A stretch of 45,775 bases of DNA, the filler included, from Jimgerdemannia flammicorona (lineage: Eukaryota): NCBI GenBank assembly GCA_003990765.1. It is 2 parts of 2 records of this genome, joined end to end, with 100 filler letters (N's around TTAATTAATTAA, not from the genome) between each part and the next. Parts side by side here need not be neighbours in the genome. Positions count along the whole stretch, not along the records: positions 22,940 to 45,775 come from RBNJ01001195.1; 1 more part is not named here. The stretch is one strand, 5' to 3'. Under the pieces are notes generated by a model. That model worked only from the letters and a program-made list of their open reading frames with translations, was not told the origin of the DNA and made no database searches. The first letter of the stretch is position 1. The number at the start of each line of letters is the position of its first letter. The position numbers were made by a program, and so were the translations under genes. Positions 35,201-45,775 of the stretch are shown here, piece after piece.

Positions 35201-36043
35201 TGCATAGAACCAGTACCATTTGCCCACATAGTAATGGATGTAATTGGCCCTCTACCCTTGACCCTGACTGGTAACCGATATATCATTGTCATCATAGACC
35301 TTTTTATGAAATAGATAGAAGCAGGACCCCTCAAGGAAGCCAATGCATAGTCAATCACCGATTTCTTTCACAAGGAAATCATCTGCTGGTTCAAGACCCC
35401 AACACAAGTAACTACAGATAAAGGAATATAATTTGTGAACCAGCTCGTTGAGGTTCCCTACAAGAAGTACAAGATCCAGCACATTTGGACCACAGCCTAT
35501 CACCCCCAAGGAAACAGACAAGTAGAAAGGACCAACAAGACCCTCAAGAATGTTATTGCCAAGATCAGCGATAACTATGAAAACTGGGATCACTATCTGC
35601 CAATAGCATTATCTGCTCTCTGAGATATCAGATTACAAAGTACCCACTTTACCCCCCAGAAGATGCTATTCAGAGAAGAAAGTTCTAGTGGAAGTTTGTC
35701 AGCAAATAATGATGCAGTCTGGAAGCATGTAGACACAGAGATATGGAGATTACATCAAATTAGGAAAAAGGCAGAGGATACCATAATCAAGGCATAGGCA
35801 CTATAATGGAGCAATACAGAAAAGATCCACAAGCCCCTAGAGATTATTAAGATAGGAGACGAAGTCCTGGTGTACCAGAACATGATAGAAGCTTCTTGGT
35901 CATGAAAACTGGAGTCCAAGTGGGAAGGACCTTACCTGGTGCAAGATATAAAAGGGACCACTTTCCAACTATGAAAGCCCTCAGGCACAATAATCCCCAC
36001 CACCATTCACTGAAACCAACTCAAGAAATACCATGGCCAGTAA
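32261..36043 (+). pseudogene. pol: pol: protease, dUTPase, RT, RNase H, integrase (GPY motif; no chromodomain seen)
   Basis: IIDTGAGG; PWSSPIVLVPKK, RLCTDYRRLN, LDLFSGFYQI, MPFGMCNA, YMDDVIIFS; FILQTD; H..GH/CDKC, MDVIGPL, YHPQGNRQVERTN, KWEGPY. Confidence 0.95.
32925..33335 (+). pseudogene. dut: dUTPase domain between protease and RT
   Basis: All five trimeric dUTPase motifs: AAGMDL, RSSLA, GVINSDYT, DQLAQ, *GRAGFGSTG. Confidence 0.93.
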
Positions 36044-36494
36044 CAAAAGTACTGCAATGGCACTCAAGATCACTAGCACTGCCCAAAGAGCCATCGAGAG
36101 ACAATGGCATACCACCGAGCCTCTGACCATAGAAGAGTCTTATGATAGTATCCAAAGCATTGTACAGACTCATCTCCCTCAAATCTCACACTTCAAGGTC
36201 TATCAGCATCGAAACGAATTTCAAGAGTACTTCAAACTTGGCCAAGTACTCAACTAAGACCCAGAAATGACCAAAGAAAATTGGATCACAGAATGCCAGC
36301 TCTCCTATTCCCAGATCACCATTGCTAAGAGAATCCACAAGCTATTTAGAGAGGATGAACCAGCACTAGCCCATCTACGAGGAGTGACTCTCTCAGACTA
36401 TGACCAAGTCAGGTGATATCATTGGGAAACAGTAATGCAACAAATTGCACAGTATAAGACCATACAGACCATTGAAGCCTGGGAGTTTGAATAG
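36033..36494 (+). pseudogene. Gypsy accessory ORF3, copy A (~153 codons, two internal stops)
   Basis: ATG overlaps the pol end. QEYFKLGQVL..IAKRIHKLFREDEPALAHLRGVTLSDY. Confidence 0.75.
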
Positions 36495-36521
36495 ATGCTT
36501 CAGGGACGAGATCATCTATTC

Positions 36522-36530
36522 AGGAGGAAG
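36522..36530 (+). promoter_or_regulatory. Polypurine tract
   Basis: AGGAGGAAG, 1 nt before the 3' LTR. Confidence 0.7.
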
Positions 36531-36531
36531 T

Positions 36532-36997
36532 TGTGACAGTATAGCCAGATTTGGAAGAAGAAAATAGGGAACAGATACTTGATCGCACTCAGTCCCAAAG
36601 TAGTATAGCCACATAGTTAGCAGTCCTCGATTTTGCCACTTGCTAAATATTTTGCAAAGTGTGAGATCGAGCTTCTCAATATGGTATAGCATTTTACAAC
36701 TGGTGAAATATTTCGCAAAGTATTAAATGACTCATAAACTTAGCTATGTAACCCAGTAAACATCTCATAGCTAGCAAACTTGTATAAATAACTCAGTATC
36801 TTCGAGTGAATAAACCTCAGATCGAAATAGTTCAAAGCAAAGAGATAGCAAAAGAACTAGTAAGCCTGCAGGCAGATATACTTCAAACTCACCCACCCTC
36901 CCCTGCAACTCAAAGGACTCTGAGGAGTCAGAGAAGATCAAGTTTCAAGATACAGAAATCCAACATACTTTCAAGAGTAAGTATCTGCTATGTTACA
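36532..36997 (+). repeat. 3' LTR
   Basis: TGTGACAG..TGTTACA, 466 bp. Confidence 0.96.
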
Positions 36998-37001
36998 ATA
37001 T

Positions 37002-37505
37002 ATATAAAGTATGTAAGTTAGTATCAATATATAACACTCTCTTCTTTCAATTCTCCTCTCTACTCTTCTAAGTATTCTATAACAAAAGGTTATGAATCTC
37101 ACCAGTGAAAGTAGTTAATAAATATACCACTAACACATATACTATACTATGCTATAATGTCAGTCAATACTAGCAGTGCATCAAACATAAGCCAGCCAAG
37201 TTGTATAAGTGGTATGGAACTCAGAACAGGTATCAGCAGTATATGTATGCTAATATAATAGTTATAACTACAGTAGTGCTGATAATGATAAAGTGGATGA
37301 TTCCTGTCTTCAATGATAAAGATTATACTATATGGATATACTATATGAAGAATCTTTTAGAAGAATGTGGTTTAGAAGATTATTAGAAGCCACAGGTGTA
37401 ACTAATGATATATAAAGTTATAAAGGATTACAGAGTGCTAAGAGAGATTAAATTTATCTTTTGAATGTATAAATGAAACTTATCATCAATATTACAATAG
37501 CATGA
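37002..37505 (+). mobile_element. Ty1/Copia 5' end remnant (LTR end, PBS, gag start); the rest of its LTR probably lies just left of 28942
   Basis: LTR-like end ..TATAACA (37084) is followed by AGGTTATGA (37087-37095). IPVFNDKDYTIWIYYMKNLLEECGL resembles the Copia gag N-terminus (FxGxxYxxWxxxMxxxL). Confidence 0.65.
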
Positions 37506-37509
37506 TCCT

Positions 37510-40004
37510 TTCACTGGTAACATTTGGGTGACACAAGATTCAGACATCACTTTTACTACATTTTCAGTGCTTAGCAACTAGCAACATGGATGGCATTGAT
37601 CGAACTAGTGAGCATACTGGCCAGGGGGGTGATGGCGCCTTTGGCTGGCAGCAGGTGGGGAGGAGGAGAGAAGGTTTGGGGATGCCGGGGGCCTCGATGA
37701 CTAGCTGAGGTTCTGGTGGTGGAGGGAGGGGAGGGCTGAGGCAGAGAGGAGGGAAGAGGTCGACCTTCGCAGACAAGGTCAGAATGGGCAAATGGCCTCA
37801 GGCCTTGATAGTTGGCTGGGCCTGGGGATAGCATCGACAGCTGCTGCTGGGGGACCGGGAGGTGTACCCAGGGGAGTCTCAGGTGGCAGGGGAGGAGCAG
37901 GAGTAGGGGCTGGAGATGTGACTGTTGATGGGGCTGTGACTGGGGATCTGGCAAAAAATCCAGATGTGATAGCGGTTGGCAATTCAGGACTGGGCATGGG
38001 TACAAGGCCCGGAGAACTGGCGGATGGGGTGATGGGCATGGTGTCAGCCCCATTACTCAAGAAGTCAAGGTTGGAATTCGCAGTCACCATGTGCTTCCAA
38101 GGTTGGCAGTGATGGTGAGGATGATTTTGGGGCTGGTGGCGCAGGAGGCTAAGGGAGCAGCATTGGTGAAGTTTTTGAGGGGAAAGAAAGGGATTGAGGT
38201 GGGGTTTGAGGAGGAAGATGCCTTGTTGGCAGCCATGGAGAAGGGGGTGATGGTTGGTGGGGTCATGGTCCCTATGGCCCAGTGCATGCGCTGGGACCCC
38301 CAAGTGGTGCAGTTGACAGTGTTGGATCTCCCTACCATGTCAAAGGAGAGGACCAGGGAGTTAGTTGTGGAGGCAATTAAGGAGTATGGCAAGATTGTTG
38401 ATGTTGGGTTCAAGGTCTGGGAGGGAACAGAGCTTAGAACTGGTGATGTTGGTGTCAGGGTGAGGCTGGCTGGGAAGGAGAATACAGGGAAGTCGAGAGA
38501 CTGGCCAGCAACATTGAGGTGGGGACTGGTGGAGTGTAAGGTCGCAAGGGTGAAGGGGACCCAGGAGGAGGAGGAGGATCTGTTAGAGGCTCTGGAGGAT
38601 CTGGAAGGGGTGGTTGCGAGGAGGAGATTGACTTGGAAGGAGTTTGAGGCCAGAACGGTGGTGGGGGAGAAGGATGGGAAGAGGGTCCGGATGGAGAAGG
38701 GGGCCTGGGAGAAGATACAGGGGAGGAGGATCCAGAAGGAGCTGCTGGTGAATTTGAGGGGGGGTAGGGCTGGTAGAAGCTCAGGTGAGGGAGTTACAGG
38801 GTTGCAGGAGAGTGCCTGGGCTGAGGGAGGAGAGATGGCCCAGGGTGGGGCTCAGATTGGAGTGGGGGAGGAGTGGGAGGGCAATTTGGAGGTGGATGCT
38901 GAAATGGGTGAAGGTGTGTGCCCTCAGTATAGTGTTCTGGATGGAGCAGAGGGGGAGGAGGAGCTGATGGATGTGCCGGATGAAGAGTGGGATGAGTCCG
39001 TGAGAAGGGGCATGATGGTGGGCCCTGAGGTGGATGGGGGTCAAATTGCTCAGGGTGCGGCAGAGGCGGTGGATGAGGAGAAGTGGATGTGGAAGACCCT
39101 GGAAGGGGTAGTGGCTGAAGAGCTTGGGGGTGAGGACTTCTAGGTGATGGAGGAGAGGCACTGGGAGGAGATTCTTTAGGGGGAGGAGGTGCCAAGGAAG
39201 ATGAGGAATGAGATCCTGGCTGTCCTCCTGGAGTCGGTTGAATATCAAGTTGATGATCAGCGGGAGGGGGAACTTAGGAAGATTGCGAGTGAGAGGGCAC
39301 TTTTCTTGTGGAACTTAAGGAAGGGACTAGAGAAGTGGCGCACAGTCTGCTTGGACTACCGGGCAGATATGGAGGAAGTGGACAGGGTGGAATGTCAGGA
39401 AATCTTGGGGGCACTGGAGGCTCAGGATATTGCGGAGGGTGACTTGGAAGCTGAACAGCACTTGGATCTGGCGGGAGATGAGATGAGCATGGAATTATAG
39501 GTTGGGGTCTCTGTCACAACATTTCTTCAGTATGAACAGTACAACTAAGATATTCTTGTTGAACATTAATAGGTTATGGGGATCGGCTAGGAGGAAATAT
39601 ATATTTGGTTAGCTCAAGGGACTGGATGTAGACCTCTTTTTGTTGCAGGATATTCGTTATGAGGTGGATGTAGACTTACAGGATTGGACTAAGGAATGGG
39701 GGGATGTGGCAGTTTGGAGGGAGAAAGTGTGTATTCTTGTTCGGAAGAGGATGGGGGACATTGGGAACATTGGACATTGGGGGTCTCGGGTGGTGTGGGG
39801 AGTGTGGAAGAGGCCTGAATGAGGCCCACTGACAGTTGGGTCTTGTTACTGCCCCGCTGAGAGACAGGAGAGGGTGGGTCGGATCTGCCAACTGAATGAG
39901 GCTGGTGTATTGGGAGAGATTGGGCTAAACTGTTTAGGGGGTGACTTCAACATGGTACAAGATAAGAAGATGGACAGAACGGATGGAGGAAGAGGCGTGC
40001 GGGG
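37510..40004 (+). mobile_element. LINE (family B) 5' portion, ORF1 plus EN N-terminus, interrupted by the next LINE (approximate boundaries)
   Basis: ORF1 at 37586-39500. ORF2 from 39532 (MNSTTKIFLLNIN, LLQD, GSCYCP, GGDFNMV) breaks at ~40004. Confidence 0.9.
37586..39500 (+). pseudogene. LINE ORF1
   Basis: ORFs 37792..38112, 38091..39143 and 39189..39500 are homologous to the other ORF1s. Confidence 0.85.
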
Positions 40005-40080
40005 TCAGGTTCAACATTCAGGTTACACAATCTTTTGGCAACACTTTCAACACAGTTTCTGGAGACAAGCTACTAGTATC

Positions 40081-42123
40081 ATGGCTACCGACAAGAATCC
40101 TGAGGTGTGTACTGGGCAGGGTGGCCCTGGAGCGTTTGGATGGCAGTATGTGGGGAGAGGACCTGGCTTGGGGGGAAGCATGAGGGGCCTGCTGGCAGGA
40201 GGACGTGGTGGAGGAGGTGGCAGGGCTGGAGGGCAAGGGTCTGCTGGCAACAATGGGGGAAGATCTGGGCTCCCGAGCTTCATGGACAAGGTCAAGGGGA
40301 GTGGGTGGCCAGCTGGTAATAGGGCTGGTGCTGCTGAGGGGAAGGGCAAGGTGAGTCTAGGGAGGAGAGGTAGTGCTCTGGCTGGGAGTGCAGGAGTAGG
40401 GGCTGGAGGGGCAGTGGCTGGGGGTGTGACTGCTGATGGGGGTGTGACAGGGAATCAGGAAAAAAAATGAGATGTGACAGCTGATGGCCAGGTGGGGCAG
40501 GGGGTCCCAATGCGGAAGGGGGACCTGGCCGATGGTATTATGGGGCTGGCAGTGGCACCATTACTCAAAAAGTCAATCTCGGAGTTTGCGGTGACTCTGT
40601 GCTTCTGAGGCTTAGGGGTGACAGTGAGGATGGTCTTGGGGCTTATCTCGAAGCAGGTGGCTGGGCCAGCTTCGGTGAAATTCCTGAAGGGTCTGGAGGG
40701 AGTTGAGGTGGGCTTTGAGGAGGCAGGCCCACTGGAAGAGGTGCTGAGGGCAGGAGTGGCAGTTGGTGAGGTGGTGATCCCCATGGTACGCTGTTTGAGG
40801 TGGGACCCCAGGGTGGTGCAGCTGCTGATGAAGGGGGTGTCCACAGTGACGAAGGAGGAGACAAGGAGGAGGGTAGAGGAGGTGATGGTGGAGTATGGAG
40901 ATGTGGTGGATATTGGCTTCCAGGTGTGAGAGGGGATGATGATCAGGACTGGTGACATTGATGTCAGGATTCGGCTGGCAGGGAGGGAGGCCACAGGGAA
41001 GGCTGGTGACTGGCCCTCAGTGTTGATGTGGGGGGCCTTCATTTGTAAGGTATCGAGGGTGAAGGGGAGTGAGGAGGAGGAGGAGGATTTGTTAGAGGCA
41101 TTGGAGGAGATGAGTGGTGCAGTGGAGCGGCAGGCAAAGGCCTGGAAGCTTTATGAGGAGTCAACACACTTGGAGATTGTGGAGGGGAAGCATATCCGCA
41201 CTGACAAGAGGCAGTGAGAGTGGGCTCAGGGGTGCTTGAGACAGAGGGAGCTCTTGGTGAGTATGACTGGAGGGGAGAAGAGGAAGGTTGATGGGGCTGA
41301 AGGGTCTGGAGGCGTCAAAGCCAGTGTATGGGCTAGCGAAGACAGCAAGGAGCTGGTGGTGACAGAAGAATGGGCTGCGAAGGTACTGGGCAGGGATCCC
41401 TATGCAGATGGTACTTTCGAGGTCTGAGAGGAGGAGTCGGATAGTACCCCCCCCCCATTTATCAGGAGGGGCCCGGTAGGGCGGAGAGGGGCAGCAGAAG
41501 ATGTACTGATGAAGGGGGCCCAGCGGGTTACCTTTGGGGTCCCAGATGTGGTGAAAGGGGGCCAGGTGGTGGCTGTTGGTGAGGATGAGCTGGTGGACGT
41601 CCCAGAAGAGGAGTGGAATGAGGATGCCAGTGTGGGTGCAGATACTACAATACTGGATACAGGGCAGCCAGGGACCCCTGGAGGGAAGGAGATCAGGAAT
41701 CTGCTGTGGATGAGCAAGGTGATGAATAACCTTGCAGCTGAGGAGTTGGGGGAAGTGGATCTGAGGGTTATGCCGGAGGAGCACTGGGCACAGATTCTGC
41801 AAGGTGAGGGAGTGGTGGAGGCACTGTAGATGGAGATTCTTATGATACTGCTGGAGGAAGAGGGTTATGAGGTGGATGAGGTGAGGAAGGCGGAGCTGGT
41901 AGTTGTTGCAGGTGAGCGGGTGGCCTACTGTTGGGCAGAATGCCATGGTTTGCAATTTTGGCAGGAGGCCTGTAGGGAGTATAGGGAGGACTTTGAGAAG
42001 AAAGAGGATGGGGCAATGGTTGAACTTCTGGAGGGATTGGAGGCACAGGGCGCTGAGAGGAAGGAACTGGCTGCAGGACATGACTTGGATTTGGCACAGG
42101 TGGACTTGAGTGCAGATTTGTAG
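40081..42123 (+). pseudogene. LINE ORF1 with stops and a frameshift
   Basis: GVEVGFEEAG, RCLRWDP, EYGDVVDIGF, RTGDIDVRIRL, and an acidic tail. Confidence 0.85.
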
Positions 42124-42154
42124 AGGAGAGATTTAATCTTTAACAATATTCCTC

Positions 42155-45100
42155 ATGAACAGTACAACTAACATATTATCTCTCAATGTGAATGGTCTTT
42201 GAGGATCTGGGTGGCGTAAGAACATTTTTACTTGGCTAAAGGGATTGGAGGCTGATCTCTTTTTACTGCAGGATGTACGGTGTGAGGATGAGGATGATCG
42301 GGTGGAATAGACTAAGGAATGGGATGGGGCTACTGCTTGGTTTGGAAAGGTGGCAATTCTGTTGAAGAAGGGTAGAGGAGATTTGAAAGGGATCAAGAAC
42401 TGGGGAGATTGATTGGTCTGGGGTGAATGGCACCAGCCAGGGTAGGAATCAGTGAGAGTGGGCTCATGCTACTGCCTGGCAGCTAGGGGAGAGAGGATTG
42501 CATGGATCAAGGAACTACTAGAGGAGGGTGTTCTCTTGGAGGATGGGGTTGATGTTCTTGGTGGTGATTTTAACATGGTTCGAGATGTACAGTTGGATAG
42601 AACTGATGGAGGAAGAAATGCTGGTGGGAGGAGTGGTGGTCTGGATGCATGGGAGGAGGTGGAAAACCTTAGCTCCTTAGGGGATATGGACCGAACATGG
42701 TGGGGCAACACCAGGGTCTACACACACTGGGTGAATAGCTTAGGAACAAGGATTGACTGGATTCTGACAGCTGAATATTGGGGTGCTGATGTCTGGAAGA
42801 CTTTGGAGGTGGTGTGGTGCCTGTGGTCTGATTACTGGGGACTGATTGGCCAGGGGCAGTTTGGGGGAAGTGGAGATGGACCTGGACATTGGCGTCTTAA
42901 CTCCTCCCTGCTGGCCGAGAAGGGGTTGTGGGACTCATGGATAGAGGACATACAGGCAAAGATTCCATTTTGGAGGCAGAAGGGTTTATCTGTGGGTGTC
43001 CATTGGATGAGATTAAAGGAGGCTGCGAGGGTTTATTGGGGAGGAGCTGGAAGGGAGGCAGGAAGGAGGAGGAGGCAAATACAGTCTGCCTCTGATAGGC
43101 TGGGGAGATTGTAGTTGGAGTGGGCAGATTTGCTTGCGTCTGATAAGGTGGAGGATTGGAGATTAGTGAGGGCGAAATTGGAGGTTGTAGAACTGCAACA
43201 GGTGTTGCAAGAGGAGGAGGAGATTCATATGCGGGGTATGGCAGCCAGGCTTAGATGGCAGGGGCTTGAGGAGGTGGAGCGGCCTACTAGGTACTTGTCT
43301 AGGCTCCTCAAAGCCAGGCAGGTGAGGCATAGGTGGGATGGGATCTTGGATGCTGAGGGAGAGTTGGTGCATGGCACACAGCAGATTCTGGGAGTGTTGA
43401 AGGAGAATTGGCAGGGTCTGTGGAGTGAGGAAGAAGGGGGTGCTGATGCCGAGGCAATTGGTGACACACTGGAAGAGTGGGAGCCACCACAGGTAGAGGG
43501 GCTGGGTGACTTGACCTTACCTGTCCAGGAGGAGGAGATACAGGGTATCCTGGCAGCGACTAAGCTTGGGACGGTGCCAGGGGAGGATGGGTTACCGTGG
43601 GACTTCTGGAAGAGATGGTAGAAGTCCCAGAGATGCTGGGTGAGATGGCGGCCCTCTGTGACCATGTTCTTCTGAATGGCATGTGGGTTGGTGAGCAGGA
43701 ATTAGGGCTGGTTGCCCTATTGTACAAAGATATGGGCCAGCATTAGGATTGGAAGAACTGGAGGCCAATCATGCTGCTGGATATGGATTAGAAGTTGGTG
43801 ACTAAGGTGATTGTTGCAAGGCTACAGAAGGTTGCTCAACAGGTGCTGGGGGAGGAGCAGCGGGGCTTTGTAGGTGGTAGACTTATAAGAGATTGATCTG
43901 CCTGGGTACATGGCATTATTGAAGGAGCCCGAGCCTGTGGACTGGATGGGAGACTGGTCTTTTTGGATCAAGAGAAGGCCTACAACCATGTTCGGCAGGT
44001 TTGGTTGGGCAAGGTACTGGACAGGATCGGCATTCCACCATGGTTTCAGGCCTCTATGTTGAGTTTGTTGGAAGGGAGTCAAGCGGCACTGATGTGTAAT
44101 GGTCACAGGGGTATGGCATTCCCCTTGGGGAGAGGAGTCCCTCAGGGGGACCCACTGTCCCCTATTCTTTATGCGCTCTCCTTAGAACCTTTGATGGAAA
44201 AGATCTGTAAGAAGGTGACTAGGCTCTCTGTATATGATGTGGAATGGAAGGTGGGGGCCTTTGCAGATGACATGGTAGTTGGACTTGGATCAGTAGCGGA
44301 TGTAGAGGCTCTTCGGGCAACAGTGGAGTGGTATGAGGCATACTCTAGAGCAAAGCTCAACTGGTATAAGTGTGAGACAATAGTGCTGGGGAATGGGCTA
44401 GTGGGAGAGGATGTCATTGGAACAATTGTCCACACATGAGAGGTGGTGCGGTACCTAGGTATCTTCCTCTCTGTATATGGATCAGTCCTACTATGAATAT
44501 GGAGAGAGGAGGGTGGCCATTTGGGGAGAGGCTCTAAAAGGCTGGGGGGGCCATCACATCTCCCTGGCAGGGAGGGTGGCAATTCTGAATGTATACTGGT
44601 TCCCCAAGCTGTGGTATGTGGCATATCACTTAGACTTTCCTGCTTGGGTGGTGAAGAGGCTGATGAAACTGGTTAGGGATTGGATTTGAGCTGGTAGAAA
44701 GGCCCAGATCAGTTGGGATACCCTTGTCGAGCCAGTGCTTAGGGGAGGCCTGGGCCTTGTGGATTTCCCTAAGCGTCTACACTGCCTGCGAGCTTGGTGG
44801 TTGAGAAGGGTGGCTGATCTACAGGGTGGAGGTTGGGTGCCGTTGATGAAGAAGGTGTGGGAGATGAGAGTCTCCCCCCGGGGGTCCACAGGGGATCTAC
44901 TCACTTTGGTGGGTCTGAATGGAAGCCAACGGTTATGGTATATGGCTTCTAGTGGGGAGTGGTTGATGGGGCGCACCGGATAGGCCTGCACTGGTGTGGA
45001 AATGAGGGGGAGGAGATATGGGGTCCAGCCATGTGGCGATGGGATTGTTTGCTTCTAGGGGGAGTTCCACTAGCTGAGTTTGACATTGGCGATGGAGTAG

Positions 45101-45775
45101 AGTGTCAGCGGCGAATTGGCCAGGATCTTTGGCCAAGTAGCTGGCAGGTGGTGGGGTTTGGTGAAGAGTGGGATTGGGCAAGGATCTGGTCTTGGAGTGC
45201 GGAGGTCCGGCAGTGGCTCCCTCCTAAGTTCTGGGTAGTGTGGTGGCGCATGTTGCAGAGGAATGTTATGTTGAACTTCTATGCTGGGCATCTGGTGGAT
45301 GGGGGTCAGCTGGATTGTGTGGAGTGTTATGATGTTGGGCAAGTTGGGGGTTTTATGCAAATGCCGGAACATTGGCTGGGGGAGTGTGAGGTTCTGGGCG
45401 ACTTTTGGATAGCTGTAGGGGACCGCCTTGGGGTTGAAAGGAGACCAGATGGGGAGAGAGGTCGCTGGGAAGATCTGGAATCTAGACTTGTGGGAGGTGT
45501 CCGTAATATATAGCTTACTGTAGGATGGGTTGTGGCAGTGTGGGTGGGGTTGGCTGGACATTGACTCTTTGTTTTTGAGGAGGGGAGACAGATGGGGATA
45601 TGGGAGAAGTTATTGAGATGGAAGGAGTTGGTGGCAGATTTGTTGACAGGGTGGTGGGTTGGGTGGGGATTGCAAGGTGGGCGATGTCGCCATCAGGTGG
45701 AAGGGATATGTGAGCAGAGTGATGGGCAGGTGGTGATGGTGTTTGATAAAGTGGTTTTTCATCGAGAAGGGGTAG
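42155..45775 (+). pseudogene. LINE ORF2 (APE-RT-CCHC) with stops
   Basis: ILSLNVNGL, LLQD, GGDFN, TRIDW, WSDY, PGEDGLPWDFW, DQEKAY, GVPQGDPLSP, FADDM, CVEC..MPEHWLGEC. Confidence 0.95.

Larger units (their letters stand above)
28942..36997 (+). mobile_element. Full-length Ty3/Gypsy LTR retrotransposon with dUTPase and ORF3, inactivated by stops and a LINE insertion
   Basis: Two 466-bp LTRs (TG..CA), PBS, PPT, 4-bp TSD ATAT (28938-28941 / 36998-37001), and PR-RT-RH-IN order. Confidence 0.97.
40005..45775 (+). mobile_element. LINE (family C), essentially full length; 3'UTR lies beyond the window
   Basis: Short 5'UTR, ORF1 from 40081, ORF2 from 42155. The end matches 31470-31492. Confidence 0.95.

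Noticed and set aside
41161..42081. Long antisense ORFs over LINEs (also 155..742, 38781..39248, 40455..41042 and others)
   Set aside because: They are Pro/Ser/Leu/His-rich shadows of the G-rich sense strand, with no recognisable motifs.

Overview
This window is a eukaryotic transposon graveyard with no recognisable host gene, RNA gene or CRISPR array. It is probably fungal (inferred from Copia AGGTTATGA priming, the Gypsy/Copia/L1-Tx1/Penelope mix and pervasive C>T/G>A decay). It contains: (1) six copies or fragments of G-rich L1/Tx1-type LINEs; (2) one complete Ty3/Gypsy element (28942-36997; 466-bp LTRs, ATAT TSD) with gag-PR-dUTPase-RT-RH-IN plus an extra ORF3, and three partial relatives; (3) two Ty1/Copia remnants; (4) a degenerate Penelope-like element with no detectable endonuclease, with direct and inverted pseudo-LTRs; (5) a hAT-type MITE and a nested-palindrome element; and (6) an artificial N-TTAATTAATTAA-N scaffold linker at 22840-22939. 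The most notable observation is a homologous, unnamed accessory ORF3 that sits in the env position in four divergent Gypsy elements; the two with a retained pol also carry dUTPase. Almost all ORFs are broken by TGA/TAG/TAA stops consistent with cytosine deamination. Translations outside the supplied ORF track were done by hand, and boundaries marked approximate are by eye.
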